The notes beneath the pieces are model-generated. The model was not told the DNA's origin, ran no database searches, and saw only the letters and a program-made list of their open reading frames with translations. Below are positions 24,423-38,300 of a stretch of 64,000 nt of DNA, piece after piece. The stretch lies in the NCBI RefSeq assembly GCF_037042905.1, contig NC_087251.1, positions 17,486,001-17,550,000 of the forward strand, read 5' to 3'. The stretch's first letter is position 1; each line of letters begins with the position of its first letter. The translations under genes were made by a program, and so were the position numbers. The stretch comes from Lytechinus pictus (lineage: Eukaryota).

Positions 24423-26289
24423 GTAGGCTGTCCCACCCGCACGCAAACCATAGTCATAGACCGCCGGGCTGTATGGGCATTCCCATGGCCATGGCATGCC
24501 TTATGCATATGCACGCAAGGCAAAGTCACGTCGCTGAGCTGGAGGCTTGAGCGGAGTGAATAATTAGTGTATTATCAACGTTAGATTATATTGAATACCA
24601 TGAATACTCTGTTGTTTATTCTTGACTTGTTACTGTTCTGATGATTTTGATAATGATTTAGATTTAGTCAGTGACGTTCTTTTTATTTTTTTAAATTTCT
24701 ATTTCAGATGTTTCATTATCAAAACAGGTCAGGAATCGAATTGTGACACAACATCACTCATCAGCACAAGCCACAACAACTGTCAATGTCATTGTCAAAC
24801 GACATTCATTTTTTTTACTAGCTTGACTTTGTTTTTTTTCTTGAAATTAAATTTTAAGTAACAGCAGCTAGCAGGATCAGTGATGTCAAGTCAAGGACAA
24901 GGAACTACTGCTTCCCTTTTCTATTGTTTCAAGAATCAGTGGAATTGTGATAATTAAAAGTGACAAAAAATAAAAATGAGATAATGTGAAAGTTGTTGAC
25001 TGAATAAAGAATACAAGATCGAGGAGAGGCCTTTGTCATGCTTTAACTGACCAGCCTTGTATTATTAGTACCTGAATTAATTAACTCCCATATCAAGTAG
25101 TAGATACAATTTTGCTTGACAGCTTTCTAAATATTGTGCAAAGCAAGACTAAGAGCATAACCAGATGCGTTCACACCTCATAAGTTACATTCAATTTCAA
25201 TTTTATTTTTGAGATTGAAAATTGAAAATTTTGGTATCGCATATATGATGTCTCGTTCTAACACTAGTTAGTATCCATGTTCTCATAATCAATTACGACA
25301 TTGGATTCTAAAGTTACCGTAAGTAACGGTGTATTAACCGCACCTTTTTCTCGGCGGGATATAAGCAAAAGTCGGGGGTGCGGTTTATACACGGTGACGG
25401 GTCTGAGCCCGCCCGCGTAACCCCTCCCGAACATGTAAGAAGTCTGCCAGTTCACAACACATCGAGTGGCCGGGCGTAGCCGCCCAGTGCAATGTCGTTT
25501 AGAGGGGTATGAGCCGCGGGTAATGGGTAGCGATTATTACGATCTTATGATCAAATACTGTCGTAACAAATGCACCCACCTTCATGACACTAATTTCGAC
25601 TTTATTCTCGATTCAAAGCAGTGAAGTTCCCTGGCTAAGTTCAAAGAGACGCCAAGCATTCTCAGTAATAATTTGTCACAGCTGAGCGAGAGCCAAGAGC
25701 TAGCTTGCGTTGTATTGTGGTTTTAGTACGACTTAAGCTGGCGCTATTCATTTAATTTAACCCCTCAAAGTCCCGTTTCGCGCCAGCTTATTTTTTTCTT
25801 TCCCGTTTGCTTTTCATAAGATACCATGTACACCGTGCACCACGCACGAGAGAGACGGCACGAAGCCGTCAAACAACTGGAAAAAATACCAATTTCTTTG
25901 TTTCTTGAACCTTCCTGTAATCCCGTATCCAAAATTCATGCTAAGACATCGAATGCTAGACAAATTCTGAAAGTGATTGTGAGGTTTTGATGCAAGAAAT
26001 GTGAAAGACACATCACAATTTGATAAGATGTACTGGTAGTGGTACCGTATCGAAGTTTGAAATGTACATGTACAAGAAAGGCAGTGCTGTGTGTGTGTAC
26101 ACTGTGACTGTGAGGTGAGTGAGTGTGTAAATTGCCAATATTGGCGGGACCTTTCTTTCTTGCTAACATTTGTAGATGAATTGATCAAGAACAGCAGATT
26201 TCTGCATACTGGTAATCTCTTTGAATTCTTTGAAAACTTTAACTTAGTTTTTGTTTTTTCGTACCTCAAACATGCATGAAAATGTGAGG

Positions 26290-26321
<32 letters not shown>

Positions 26322-29300
26322 TGGGGGTGCGGTTTATACACGGGTGCGGTTAATACACCGTTACTTACGGTACTCCAAAATTTCAACCAAATAAGAAAAT
26401 ATATGACCAATTCATGTGCTAGAAAGTAATTTTATTAACTTAGTACTTTGCAACGAACTCTTAAAGTGAATTGAAAAATAATAAGGAAAAAGAACATTTT
26501 AATGCCTTTGTTTTCTCAAAATTAAAAATAGATCTGGGGAGCGTTTCATGAAAGGACTTGTCAGACGTTTTATCCGACAAGTCCCATTTTATCCGACAGT
26601 TACCATAGTAACATTGCTTATCAGCCAATCAAAATCAAGGAAAGATGTCAGATCTGACAACATGTCGGACATAAATGTTGATGAAATGCTCCCCTGGGAT
26701 CAAGATAGCTGGTTGTTGATTTTGTAAATTTTCCAATGTATCCCACAGAAATACAATTGCCCTTTTCAATTGCATGTTCTTACCATACAAGACAGAGTTT
26801 TGTGACTCATGGTTATTTTCATGTTTGAAACATTCTTAAAAACTGCATCTGAAAAAATACTGTCCACATTTGTAAATAACAGAATTATAGCCAGGGCTAT
26901 TCAATCATCAGTTTCAGTCTCTTGTATAAAGGCTTCATGCACTGATTATTAAAGGGATACTCCAGGCTGAAAATATCTGATTTGAACAAATAAAGAAAAT
27001 CAGACAATCAAAACACCGAAAATTTGATCAAAATTGGACAGAGAATAACAAAGTTATGGCATTTTATAGATTGCATTATTCCGGTGAAACAGTTCTAGGC
27101 ATGTCTTCATAAATGTTCAATGATCAAACTGATGATGTCATTTCCCCCACTTGTTTTTTGGTATGTTATTGTAAGAAATTAGGTTTATTCAAATTTTTTC
27201 CTCCAACAATTAACCAATTGGATTGACAGCAATAGTGCATTGGATATTCATTGCTGCAACTTATTTCATTATAAAGGAGACACATATCATTCATACATAT
27301 ATGAAAAAATGAAACAATTATGATTTCATGTAATAAGATAAGAAGAAGGAAAGTGGGGATGTGACATCAGCTCGCCTAATGAATGTTCATGAGGACAAGC
27401 GTATTACCGTACTGTTTTCACAATGTAATTGCTAAACTTTAAAATTTAATAACTTCACTATTTGCTATCAGATTTTGAAGAAATTATCAGCATTTTACTG
27501 AGTGTATTTCACTCTATTTGTTTAAAATATTTTCAGCCTGGAGCACCCTTTTAATTAGTCCATGTACAGTATAAAATACATGAATATTGGAGGTTCTTCG
27601 TAATGAATGATCTTTTGATCATCGTCAATATCATTACCAGCATGTCCACCACCACTATCACTACCATCCTCCAACACTTTCATCATCATTATCATCATCA
27701 TCATCATTATCAATCATAGTCCTCGTCATGATCATTGTACATTGCCTTCCTTTTCACCATCATCAACCTCACTTTATCTTCATCAATATTATCATCATCA
27801 TAGTCATTATAATTACTGTACAGTACATGTAAATGATCTCTATTTATGGAATTAAAAGAAATTCATACTTTGTGTATTATGAATGTTCAATTGATACTTT
27901 GCCTTGGAATTCTATGAAAGAATATCCAACAATGCATTGCAGATTGTAGTACCGTACTGTAAAATGACCCCTTTAAATACCCCCATGCTAGTTCTGTAAA
28001 CTTGATTTTACCTGGTTTAATGTGTGCATTGTCATCAAAATTTAATATGAATCCTGTCAGCAGCTGAGCTATAGGTGATTTTATAGTATTCAGGAAAAGT
28101 AATATTTCATGTATATCAGGGGAAAATTATTTGGGGGGCTACTTTTCATTTTTCAAGTTTTCAATACTGCCTGCATGTAAATCTGCAACATTGGATAAGC
28201 TTCAACATTGCAATTAATTGTGATTTCCCAAGGCTCCTTTTTGAGTGTCTAGGGCTATTTTGTGCATTTCAGAGCCCCCATGTAATCCCCCCCCCCCCCG
28301 ATGTATAGTATGCCTATATTGTTTTTTTATATTTCATTTTTTTTAGATTTGAGAATCAAGATTACACTCTGTCATGAAAATCATTTGTACATCCTATTCA
28401 AATTTGTTTCATATCCTTGCAACGTGTATTTGGGAACTTCTGATAAGCTAAAGGGGTTACATGTAGGTGCTCTTGAAGCAATTACATGATTAAATGGGAA
28501 GTTCACCCTGAGAAAAGTTTTTTGTAAAAATAAGAGAAAACAAAAATATGGGGAAGGTTTGAGGAGAATCCGTTGAAGATTAAGAAAGTTATTCGAATTT
28601 TAAGTTTTGGATTTGTGACGTCATAAATGAGCAGCTGCCCCCTATGTTATTCAAATCCATAATTTTTTTTTTTTAATGGTTCCAGATGACTTATTATTTT
28701 TTCTATTCATGATCGGGTGTGAAATGATTTGTCTATTGATATAAAAAAGGTGCAGTAAAAACCATTCACAATCTTCTGAAAAAAATGACTTTTAATTGAT
28801 TTTTTACCATTCGCTATGTACATCTAGGAATGCTGCTCACATATGACGTCACATTATCAAATCATTAAAATTCTAAAAACTTTTGATTCTAAGATGGATT
28901 TTTCTCAAACCTTCGGCAGTATTTTTTAATTATTTTTTTCTGCTATTTTTACAATAAACTTTTTGTCAAGGTGAAATTCCCCATTAAAAATAGATCATAT
29001 CGGGTGTGCAGTGCAATAGAACTGAATTAACTCTGCTATTTTCTTTTTCCTGAACAGGCTCGCATTGCTTTCCTACAGGGAGAAAGAAAAGGACAAGAAA
29101 ATCTTAAACATGACCTAGTAAGGAGGATAAAAATGCTTGAATTCGCATTAAAACAAGAAAGGTAAATATCAAACTCTTTCGGTACTTACTGATTATTGTA
29201 TGATTGTACATACATGTATGTATTATAGTGATAATTTGTTTCGATGATTAACATTTCTGGAGTGATTATTTTGATTTATAGTTTAATAAAGAGTACATTA

Positions 29301-32300
29301 TTTTTATACATGTACTTTATGGTATTGAAGATGCATAATAAATTTGTACTAATGACTGTACACTCATATTACATGTAGTTTAAAGTCTGTGGAGACAGAG
29401 TTGGTAAAGATAAATGTGAATTGCATTGGGATTACATTATCTTTAATACTGATGTTTTACAGTATTATACATGTACATGTACATGCAACAACTGTTTCAC
29501 TGTATCATCTTTCATTTTCTTGATTATTTGTGAAAAAATGTAATTGTGAAATCGTATCAAATTTAGCTGCATCTCTTGGTGATGTTTCTAAAAGGGCCTT
29601 CATTAATTTGTCTTTGTGTTTAGATTATTATTATTGTTATCTCAGAAAGCTGATAGGATACAAACATTGTATCTTAAAATATTCATCTAATTTCATGATT
29701 GAGAAGTGGTTATATACCCCAAAAGGAGTCTGTGGAGAGTCTGGACCCAACTTTTGTTTTCACTCAGTCATCCCTATTCTAGAGACAATCTCTCACACAA
29801 CCTGTGTTTAATGTAGTTTTATTTGATAATTTGAAATTGATAAATTTTGAAAGTGAATAATCCTTAGATTTACTAAAAGTTAATATGAGTTTCTTAAATC
29901 TGTAATTTGTTTACACCTGTATATTTAATATTCAGTTGTGACAATTCCATCTTTTCTGTTATTTTCAGTTGTATGTTGACATGACTTTTATGAACTATAC
30001 ATGTTATTTACAAATTTTATAGAAATTGTGCTGTTTATGGGGAATGTGTGCTGTTTATTGGGAATGTCCTAGAAACATTGATATTTTTAATTTGCTCTTG
30101 TTCAATGTTACGATGATGGCCTGCTTTTAATAAATGATCAAAAAATTGTTTTATCTAGATCTACATTATATTTCCAGAATGTTTACAGTCCGAGTTCCTA
30201 CGTAAACCAGGCCCCTCATATATTTGTACCTTTCACCTTTGTGAAAATAGGTTGTGTCTGTGGATTGTGTGAAAATCTTATGAAAAGTGAGCAATATATA
30301 CATGTATCCTCTTGTTTTTATAACCAGAAAAAGTTGATTATTAAAGGAAATGCTCTGTCGTTTTTCTTTGCAACAGAATGAAGTACCAGAAATTAAAGTC
30401 AGGTTCAGATAAAGATGAATTAAAGGCCCCAACATTTGATGGAGGTAAGAACCTTGCTGTATTTATTTGGTAACCATTTCACCAGTAGGTTGTGAAAAGT
30501 AGCCCCTAAAAATTGATTTTGAATTTTTAGGGGCTACTTTTCACAACCTACTGGCTACATTGTAAATCTGCAACATTGAATAAACTTTAACATTTCAGTA
30601 GATTGGGAGTTTCCAGGGCTCTTTTGAAAGTTTTGGGAGCAAAATTGCCCTGAGCTCCCATGTAATATTTTGCTGATTTTTAGTTAAAGCCAGTATTACA
30701 TGTAATGTACATGTACTAGAGCTGCCAACCATTAAGGAAAAAGCCTAATTATTATGTTTTTCACATCAAATTACGCCAGTACGCTTTTCATGTTTGTTAT
30801 TTTGCTTTCAGCGCCAATAGCTACATGTATGTACAAAGTTTTAATACACAGATAACACATTGCGCCGTGGCGAAGGGCTGCAAATACTGCCATTGGATGC
30901 ACCATTGTGTCGCTTTGTTTACATTGCTATGCATGCAAGGATTGCCTCGGCCGTAGCCGGAAAGCGGCGAATGTTAATAATGTAGATTACGTGCATTGCA
31001 CATGGAAAATACTTGCACGAATCCATATGATTAATGTCAGTGATGTTGAAGAACTAATAAACTATTTTGAGGTGAGAAATGATGAGAATACATGTACCTT
31101 GTTTTTTTTAATGTCTATCGAAGCCCACAGGACCACACCCAGGCCTGGCCCTTGGTCCTGCCTTTAGATCTACATGGTAGTCCTTAAATAAAAACTTCTT
31201 TTTAAATTAAGTACAAGTATCTGTTCATTTACATCCCTTTGTGTGCCATTTCTATATTTATATGAATTTGCAAATAAGCCCCATTGTGCATCTGATCTAG
31301 ATCTATACCACTTCAAAGAAATTTATAATACTGTGCAGCATGTATGAAGTGACCTTTTTTATCTCAAAGAAATTTATGAAAGCGTGTATGAAATTACTCT
31401 TTCTATCTCAAAATTAGGATTTTTTAGCTTCTGGATTACTCTTTTTTACTTTCGAAGGTTGGCAGCTCTGCATATACATGTACTGTTATTCACCAGCAGA
31501 TATTACACCTAAGCACTAAACTGTAACATGTATAGGAATTACATACATGTACCAATAAATTCTTGGAAATACTACCCAAAGTAATATGCACATGATTTCT
31601 TTTTATTGTTTAACACATGTTAAAATATTAGAAAAGGGGAAGATGAAACAACTGTAAAAGCTTTCTGCTCCCCCTCCTTGAAAACAACAACCCATGCTAC
31701 TTGTTCATGGAATGGATCATACAGCTTTGTTACATACTGTACACATGTATTTTGTATTTTGTATGATGGATTTACATGCATTGATATAGAATTGTGGCAA
31801 GGCATAGACTGTTGCATGTAGACATGTAACATGCTCAATATTTGGACAGGTCTTGTTAATAGTGCATGTACTTAATTTCTATATTTTCTTGTGAGGAAAC
31901 ACCTTCACCCCCCTTCAAAATAATCTATGTGTTCCAATAAGGGGAACTATAACTAAGAACTCTCCTGCCTTAGGCCCACATGCATAAAGTGAATGTTGAT
32001 AAACCTATTACCCTTTAATAAAACAAGTGGAAATGAAATTGTAAATTTGGTTTAATGATAAAATGTTATTTTATAGTCTTCAAAAACAATGAATGCTTTA
32101 AAACATAGTGTAGACATTTGATTTATTCACATTGTGATATTAATGCTGTGAAGAGTAGAGAAGAATTGATTCATCATTCTAAGGCTGCGTTTATGCGACC
32201 TCAAGCCAGAATCATGATTTGAATCATGATTTGAATCATGATTCAAAACACAAACATGAATCACAATATCACAGAATCAGCGTTTAGACGACCTTCATTT

Positions 32301-35300
32301 CAATGCTGTTTCTCCTCAGATTCGGGCCAATCCAGTGCGCATCACTAGTGCGCAGTTTAACAGAGGAAGTTTTTCGCACGTGTTTCGGCTCTCGAAAATT
32401 CTTTTGCTTCCATCAGAATTCAGTCTATACCTCATTTTGTTTACTTCTATCATAAAGGGTCCATATGCTTCTATTCATCTTGTTAGTTTATCCAAAATGG
32501 TGTTCGGAAGTGAATTTCAGCGTAGATCCAATTTGATATTGATACTGTATACTCAACAACAACTGAGATCATTGTCTGTCCAGTTAATTCATTTACTAGA
32601 ACTTGAAGTTGAAGACATGACCAAAAAATGAAAGGTAGTGGACGATGCGATGACCAACACAGAACTTGAACATGACAAGAAATGAATTCAATGAGCATAT
32701 AGAGCGCCTTGAGCTTGGCAAGAGTCAAACCGAAAGTAGCACGACACAACAGTGAGGTCATATAATCATGATTGTAATCACGATATCGTTTATTCGAACA
32801 TTTTCGTACGTGATTCTGCAGAAACGTCTTTCCAAACGCCCCTTTTTTCGTGTTTCATGTTTGTGATTCTAATCATGATTATATTCAATTTCGACTAAAC
32901 GCAATCGTGATTCTGCAGAATAATGATTTGAATCATGATTCAAATCATGATTCTAGGGTAAAAAAGTGGCGGATAAACGCACCCTAAAAGTGCTAAAAGT
33001 TAGTGAACCCCACCAGATTAATGCACTTCTTCATGCTGAGTGTTGAATGGAGACCACAACACTACATTGTTTGGTGAGCCCAGAGAAACAAACTTTATTG
33101 AGTGTAATATTTTATCACCTGACCTTGAATTAGATAAATGTATCTAAAAAATTTAAGAACATTTGAAATATGTTCATTTTCTGGTGGGGTTCACTAACTT
33201 TTTAGCACCAAGTGCTGTAAATATGGTATCTTGGGAGGATCCAGGAATGCAATGTGATGTGAGTTTAATAGTGCTGTTAGTGACATACGTGTAGTGTATT
33301 TGCTTTGCTGGATATTAATTATAGATTCTGTACATGTATGTAGCCTATACATGATGTAGGGAATTCATCAAGAATAAATTACATGAAAATGATATCTTTG
33401 TGAAGTGTAAATTTAATGTAAAAAATACAACAATGTAAATGTATGTATTCAATGGGAAGGAAGTAAAAATGACATTTTATAAAAAGATTGTAATAGGTTA
33501 ATCTGTGGTATTAGGTTTTCAAATTGCTTCTGATAGTCTGATAGGAAAACAAGTTTCAGTTTTATTGGAATGTGATTTATTACCTCGTAAATGAGTTATT
33601 AAAGGAGAATGAAACTCTTGGAGCAAGTTAGCTTTTGTGAAAGCAGAAAAATCAAAGAATAAGATGAACAAAAGTTTGAGTAAAATAGGACTAGCAATAA
33701 AAGAGTTGTGAGCATTTGAATGTCGAGATCACTAATGCTATGGAGATCCTCCCATTGGCAATGCGACCAAGATCTGTGATGTCACACACGTACAACTCTC
33801 CCATTTGGACACTGAAAATATACCCCAAAACATCTCTTTTTGCTCATTCTAATCATATGACAAATGATTCATCAATGATATAATGTTGTGAAACCTCTGT
33901 ACTTGTCCTCTCATAAAGAGAACACCTCACCTTGTGATAGACTCTATAAAAGTGAGAATATAAGTGAAATAAGTACTCAAGTAATGAGGGAGTTGTACGT
34001 GTGTGATATCACAGATCTTGGTCGCATTGCCGATGGGAGGATCTACATGGCACTAGTGATCTCAATATTCAAATTCTCATAACTTTCTTATTATTCATTC
34101 AATCTTCCTCAAACTTTCAACAATATGTTTCTTTGATTTTTCTCTTTGATATGGATTCAGCTGGTTTCAAGTGTTTCATTCTCCTTTAAAGGCCAGGTCC
34201 ACCTACATTTTTGTTAACAAAAACAAATACAGTGAATATGTATACATACCAGTACAACAACAGCATTACAAAAAATAAAACATGTAAAGTAGAAAAACTA
34301 GCAAATATAGGAGTAGTCAAGTATTTTAAAGACGGTTTATCAATTCAATTTACACAAAAATATGAATTAAAGTATAAAATATTCAATAAGGTTAAAAAGA
34401 AAATAATGTGGAACCAGACGGGTCTAGAGGATGGGATGCACAAGCTTGGCGTAATACATGTTAATTGTGAAAATGAGCAAAACATCAGCATGCCCCCAAA
34501 ATTGTGATTTTATGCTTATTTGACATTCCTATTTTTGATAAAACTCATGATATTGGAAGGGAGAAAAAAAATTATTGCACAGATCACTAGTGAGATTTGT
34601 TTTTGTCTCGCCTTCACATGTAGCAGAGCGAGACTATAGGCGCTGCTTTTCCAACGGCGGCGGCATTATCAACAATGAAATCTTAACCAAGGTTAAGATA
34701 TTGAAATGTCATCATAAGTCTTAAAAAGTATATGGACCTAGTTCATGAAACTTGGACATAGGGGTAATCAAGTATTACTGAACATCCTGCATGAGTTTCA
34801 GGTCACATGACAAAGGTCACTTAGGGTCAATGAACTTGGACCATGTTGGGGGAATCAATATCGAAATCTTAACCAAGGTTAAGTTTTTGAAATGTTATTA
34901 CTTTGAAAGTATGAGGATCTAGTTCATGAAACTTGGACACAAGGGTAATGGTGTATCAACAAAGATCTTGCTGGAGTTTCAGGACACATGACCGAGGTCA
35001 AAGGTCAATTAGGGTCAATGAACTGGCCAATTTGGGGGTATTTGTGGAATTGTCATCATAACTTTAAAAGTTTATGAATCTAGGTCATGAAACTAGGACA
35101 TAATAAGAGCAACCATGTATCCGTGAATATCATGTGCAAGTTTCAGATCACATGACCAAGATCAAAGGTCATTTAAGGTCAATGACCTCTGGCCATGTTG
35201 GGAGTATTTGTTGAATTGGCATAATAACTTTAAAGTTTATGGATCTACATGTAGCTCATGAAACATAGACATAAGTAATCAAGTATGAATGATTGTTTTG

Positions 35301-38300
35301 CACACGTCTTAGGTCACATGGTCATGGTCAAATGTCATTTTGGGTCAATGGACATAACATTTTATTATAATATTGGTGTTTTCTTTTGTGAATAATTACA
35401 ATGTATAGCTTTTTTGAAAGTCAGCACTGCTACTATATCAAATCGCATAATGCAGGTGAGGCTGCCAGAGGTGTTCTACTTGTTTGTAATTGAAATGGAT
35501 TTAAACATAGTATCTTGCCTTGTTTGTATCGATGGCTATAAAATGGATGTGCATGTAACATATCTTATAATTTTGTAAATTTGGTATTTCAGTTAGGTTG
35601 AGGAAGTTTGCAGATATTTGGGGTTCTGGTTCTGTTTATATTTAAATAATTTAAATAAAATTGATACAAATATATATTTTCAGGGCTTGAATTATTCCTA
35701 AGCCACCAAGGCCATGGCCTTACATGTACATGTACATGTACATGTAGATGCCCTGTTGTTTGGCCCCAGTGCCCCTCTCATGTCACTCAGTATTTTTGTA
35801 CCCTTTATATTTTTGCTGCAATATAGAAATGTGCCCTATAGAAAAGTAGACTTGCCCTAAAATATCAAAATGTAAAGTCTAATATAAAACAGTACAGATG
35901 AAAGTTGGAACTACTGACTTAGAGTTCAAATGCTTGAAAGGAGAGAAAATGTTTTCTGGGGAATTTGAGTGGAAAAATGCAATATAATGGAACTAGGCAA
36001 AATCTGCGTCTACAAGCCCTATACGTTTACTACAAACCTTTCATAACTTGAATCAAGCAGCTATCACTTTTCCTCCTTGCTTGAATAAAGGCTAGCCTAG
36101 AGCTGATATGGAGGTGTTTTTCCCTCTTTAATGGGGGCATATTCATTGACAATGCAGCAATATCTATAGTATTAGTAATTAGTACAGTTCTACAGTTACC
36201 TTAATATTTTTGGATGTACAAGTGCATTAGATTTAAAGAAAACTTGCTAAATTTAGGACACTCCACTGACTACAGGATTACATGATGGGTAAAGATCAAT
36301 AATGCTCATACCTGACTATATTAAATTGTAAAAGTCAACTGTTAAATTTTCTCTTTTTTTCAGAGGAAGGTGGCCAGGAAGAATCGGCACTATCACCAAA
36401 TTCAATCAATTTTAGACAAAGTCGGCAGCTTCTCAGGCAGTGAGTATTCATTCCTTTATTATTTGGTTATAAATTCATGCAGTCAAAATAATATTTTATA
36501 TACTGTACTACAGTAGTACTAGTACAGTACATGTAAAAGTCCTGAGCCGTTTAACATACAAAATGCAATGAAACGTACAGTAGATTTGTTTTGCAAATTT
36601 ATGTACAGAAAATTATAATTGATATGATTGCTTTCCTTTGTGATACTTGGCAGTGTTCGTATACTTTGTAAACATTTGAATGTCAAAATTTAAATATTAA
36701 TGTGACCACAGGTACTTCTGAGGAACATGACAGGCATTTTCCTTCTGAAGTATCTGGAAGAAATAAAATATTGTCAGTGAGAAATATCATGGATTACTGT
36801 TGATGGTTAGAAATATTTATTTGCAATCATTTACAATTGAATTGAATGGTGAATATGAGTAAAATGTAGTCAAATAAACTGAAGTTGTCAAAATCCCCCC
36901 CCCCCAACACACCACAACTGACATTCTAAAGTTTGTCATACTAGCCTATTATAATTGTGTCTGTACTTTTGTGTGTTGTAGAGATTTACAGGTTAAGGAA
37001 ATCGATGCAATATTTTGCTTGAACCAATATCATAAGGATTTAGAATTGTTTTTAATCTCAAAATTTGTTAATTGTATTTCAAAAATATATAAAAAGAGTT
37101 TGCTGGTGACTTCAAGTACAAAGACCAAGAAGAATGCAAAGTCAATATATTTTGTTATTTCCTAGCATTACTTTTGTGCAATGGAATGTGAATCGTTTCC
37201 TGTCGTTAAACTCTCTATTACTGCCGTATGTATGCAAACCTTGAATTGATTCTTATTGGGCCCTTTAGTTAATGAATTGTACACAAGGATCAGAAATTTA
37301 TGTGTTATGCTGTCATGGCTTAAAGATTTTTAAAAACACCGAAATATGTGAATATGTTTGATGTGTAAAAAAATTCATGCACTATCACTATCATGGGCAC
37401 ATTGATAGACTGTACATACTGTACTGTACTGTGCACAGTATACCTTTGCAAATATTTTTTTTTCATCTACATGTATAATGGGAATGCATATACGTACAGT
37501 AGCATTTGTTATCACCATTTATCCAGTTAAGCTTCATAATGTTAATTAAGAACAATCAGTGTCAATGCGTTTTCACGTACACAGTGAATGATTTGATACC
37601 ACCATAGCGTTTCTTCATCATGACACAGCTCAAATGCAAGTGTGCATGTATATTATACATGTAGGCCTATATTACCATATACATACGACAGAATATGGCA
37701 CAAGTATATTTCAGTCCACTGTAATGCGGGTCAATGTACAGGTAGTTCAGTGTACTAGTATTACATGTAAGCCTACATGTACATGTAGTATGTTTATAAA
37801 TTCTGAATGATATTGTATCCTGATAATCCTGTAATATTGTAATACTACGGTACAACAATAAATGTAGTACTTAGGCCTTCAATGTACATGTCTGTTTGAA
37901 AGAGTTCAAGGAACTTGACTGAAGACATACATGTATGGGATCACAAAATACATGTAGATTTTTTTTTTATAATATTAATGCACCACTTTCATGTACAAGC
38001 AGCACAACTTTGTTGACACTTATTAGTTGACAGTTTCTGCAAATTAAGTTAATCCTCCGATACCCATCAGTACATCATACATGTGCATGATGTTTACCCT
38101 ATCAATTGTCAGGACAGTATTACAAGTCACAATAGTTGGTTTCAAACCGCCTCGATCACAAGAATCCCCGTTAAATTACGAGAACATTTACATGCTCAAA
38201 AATACCAGATAATTATGTCGCATTCAGACCGCCCCGAAACACACTCTTTGGGGAAATTTCTAGAAGTTATGAGCATGCGCAGTACTGTCTGGTAGCAGAC

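Noticed and set aside
25814..26410. 198-aa minus-strand ORF
   Set aside because: It runs through a MITE TIR and poly-A tract, with no transposase motifs recognised.
28130..30665. Similar ~150-bp segments at about 28135 and 30530 as a conserved regulatory element
   Set aside because: More simply explained as fragments of an old dispersed repeat.
32440..32620. Possible Myb/SANT-like remnant (INWTDND) on the minus strand in the Harbinger-like MITE
   Set aside because: Several stop codons and too little similarity to support a call by eye.
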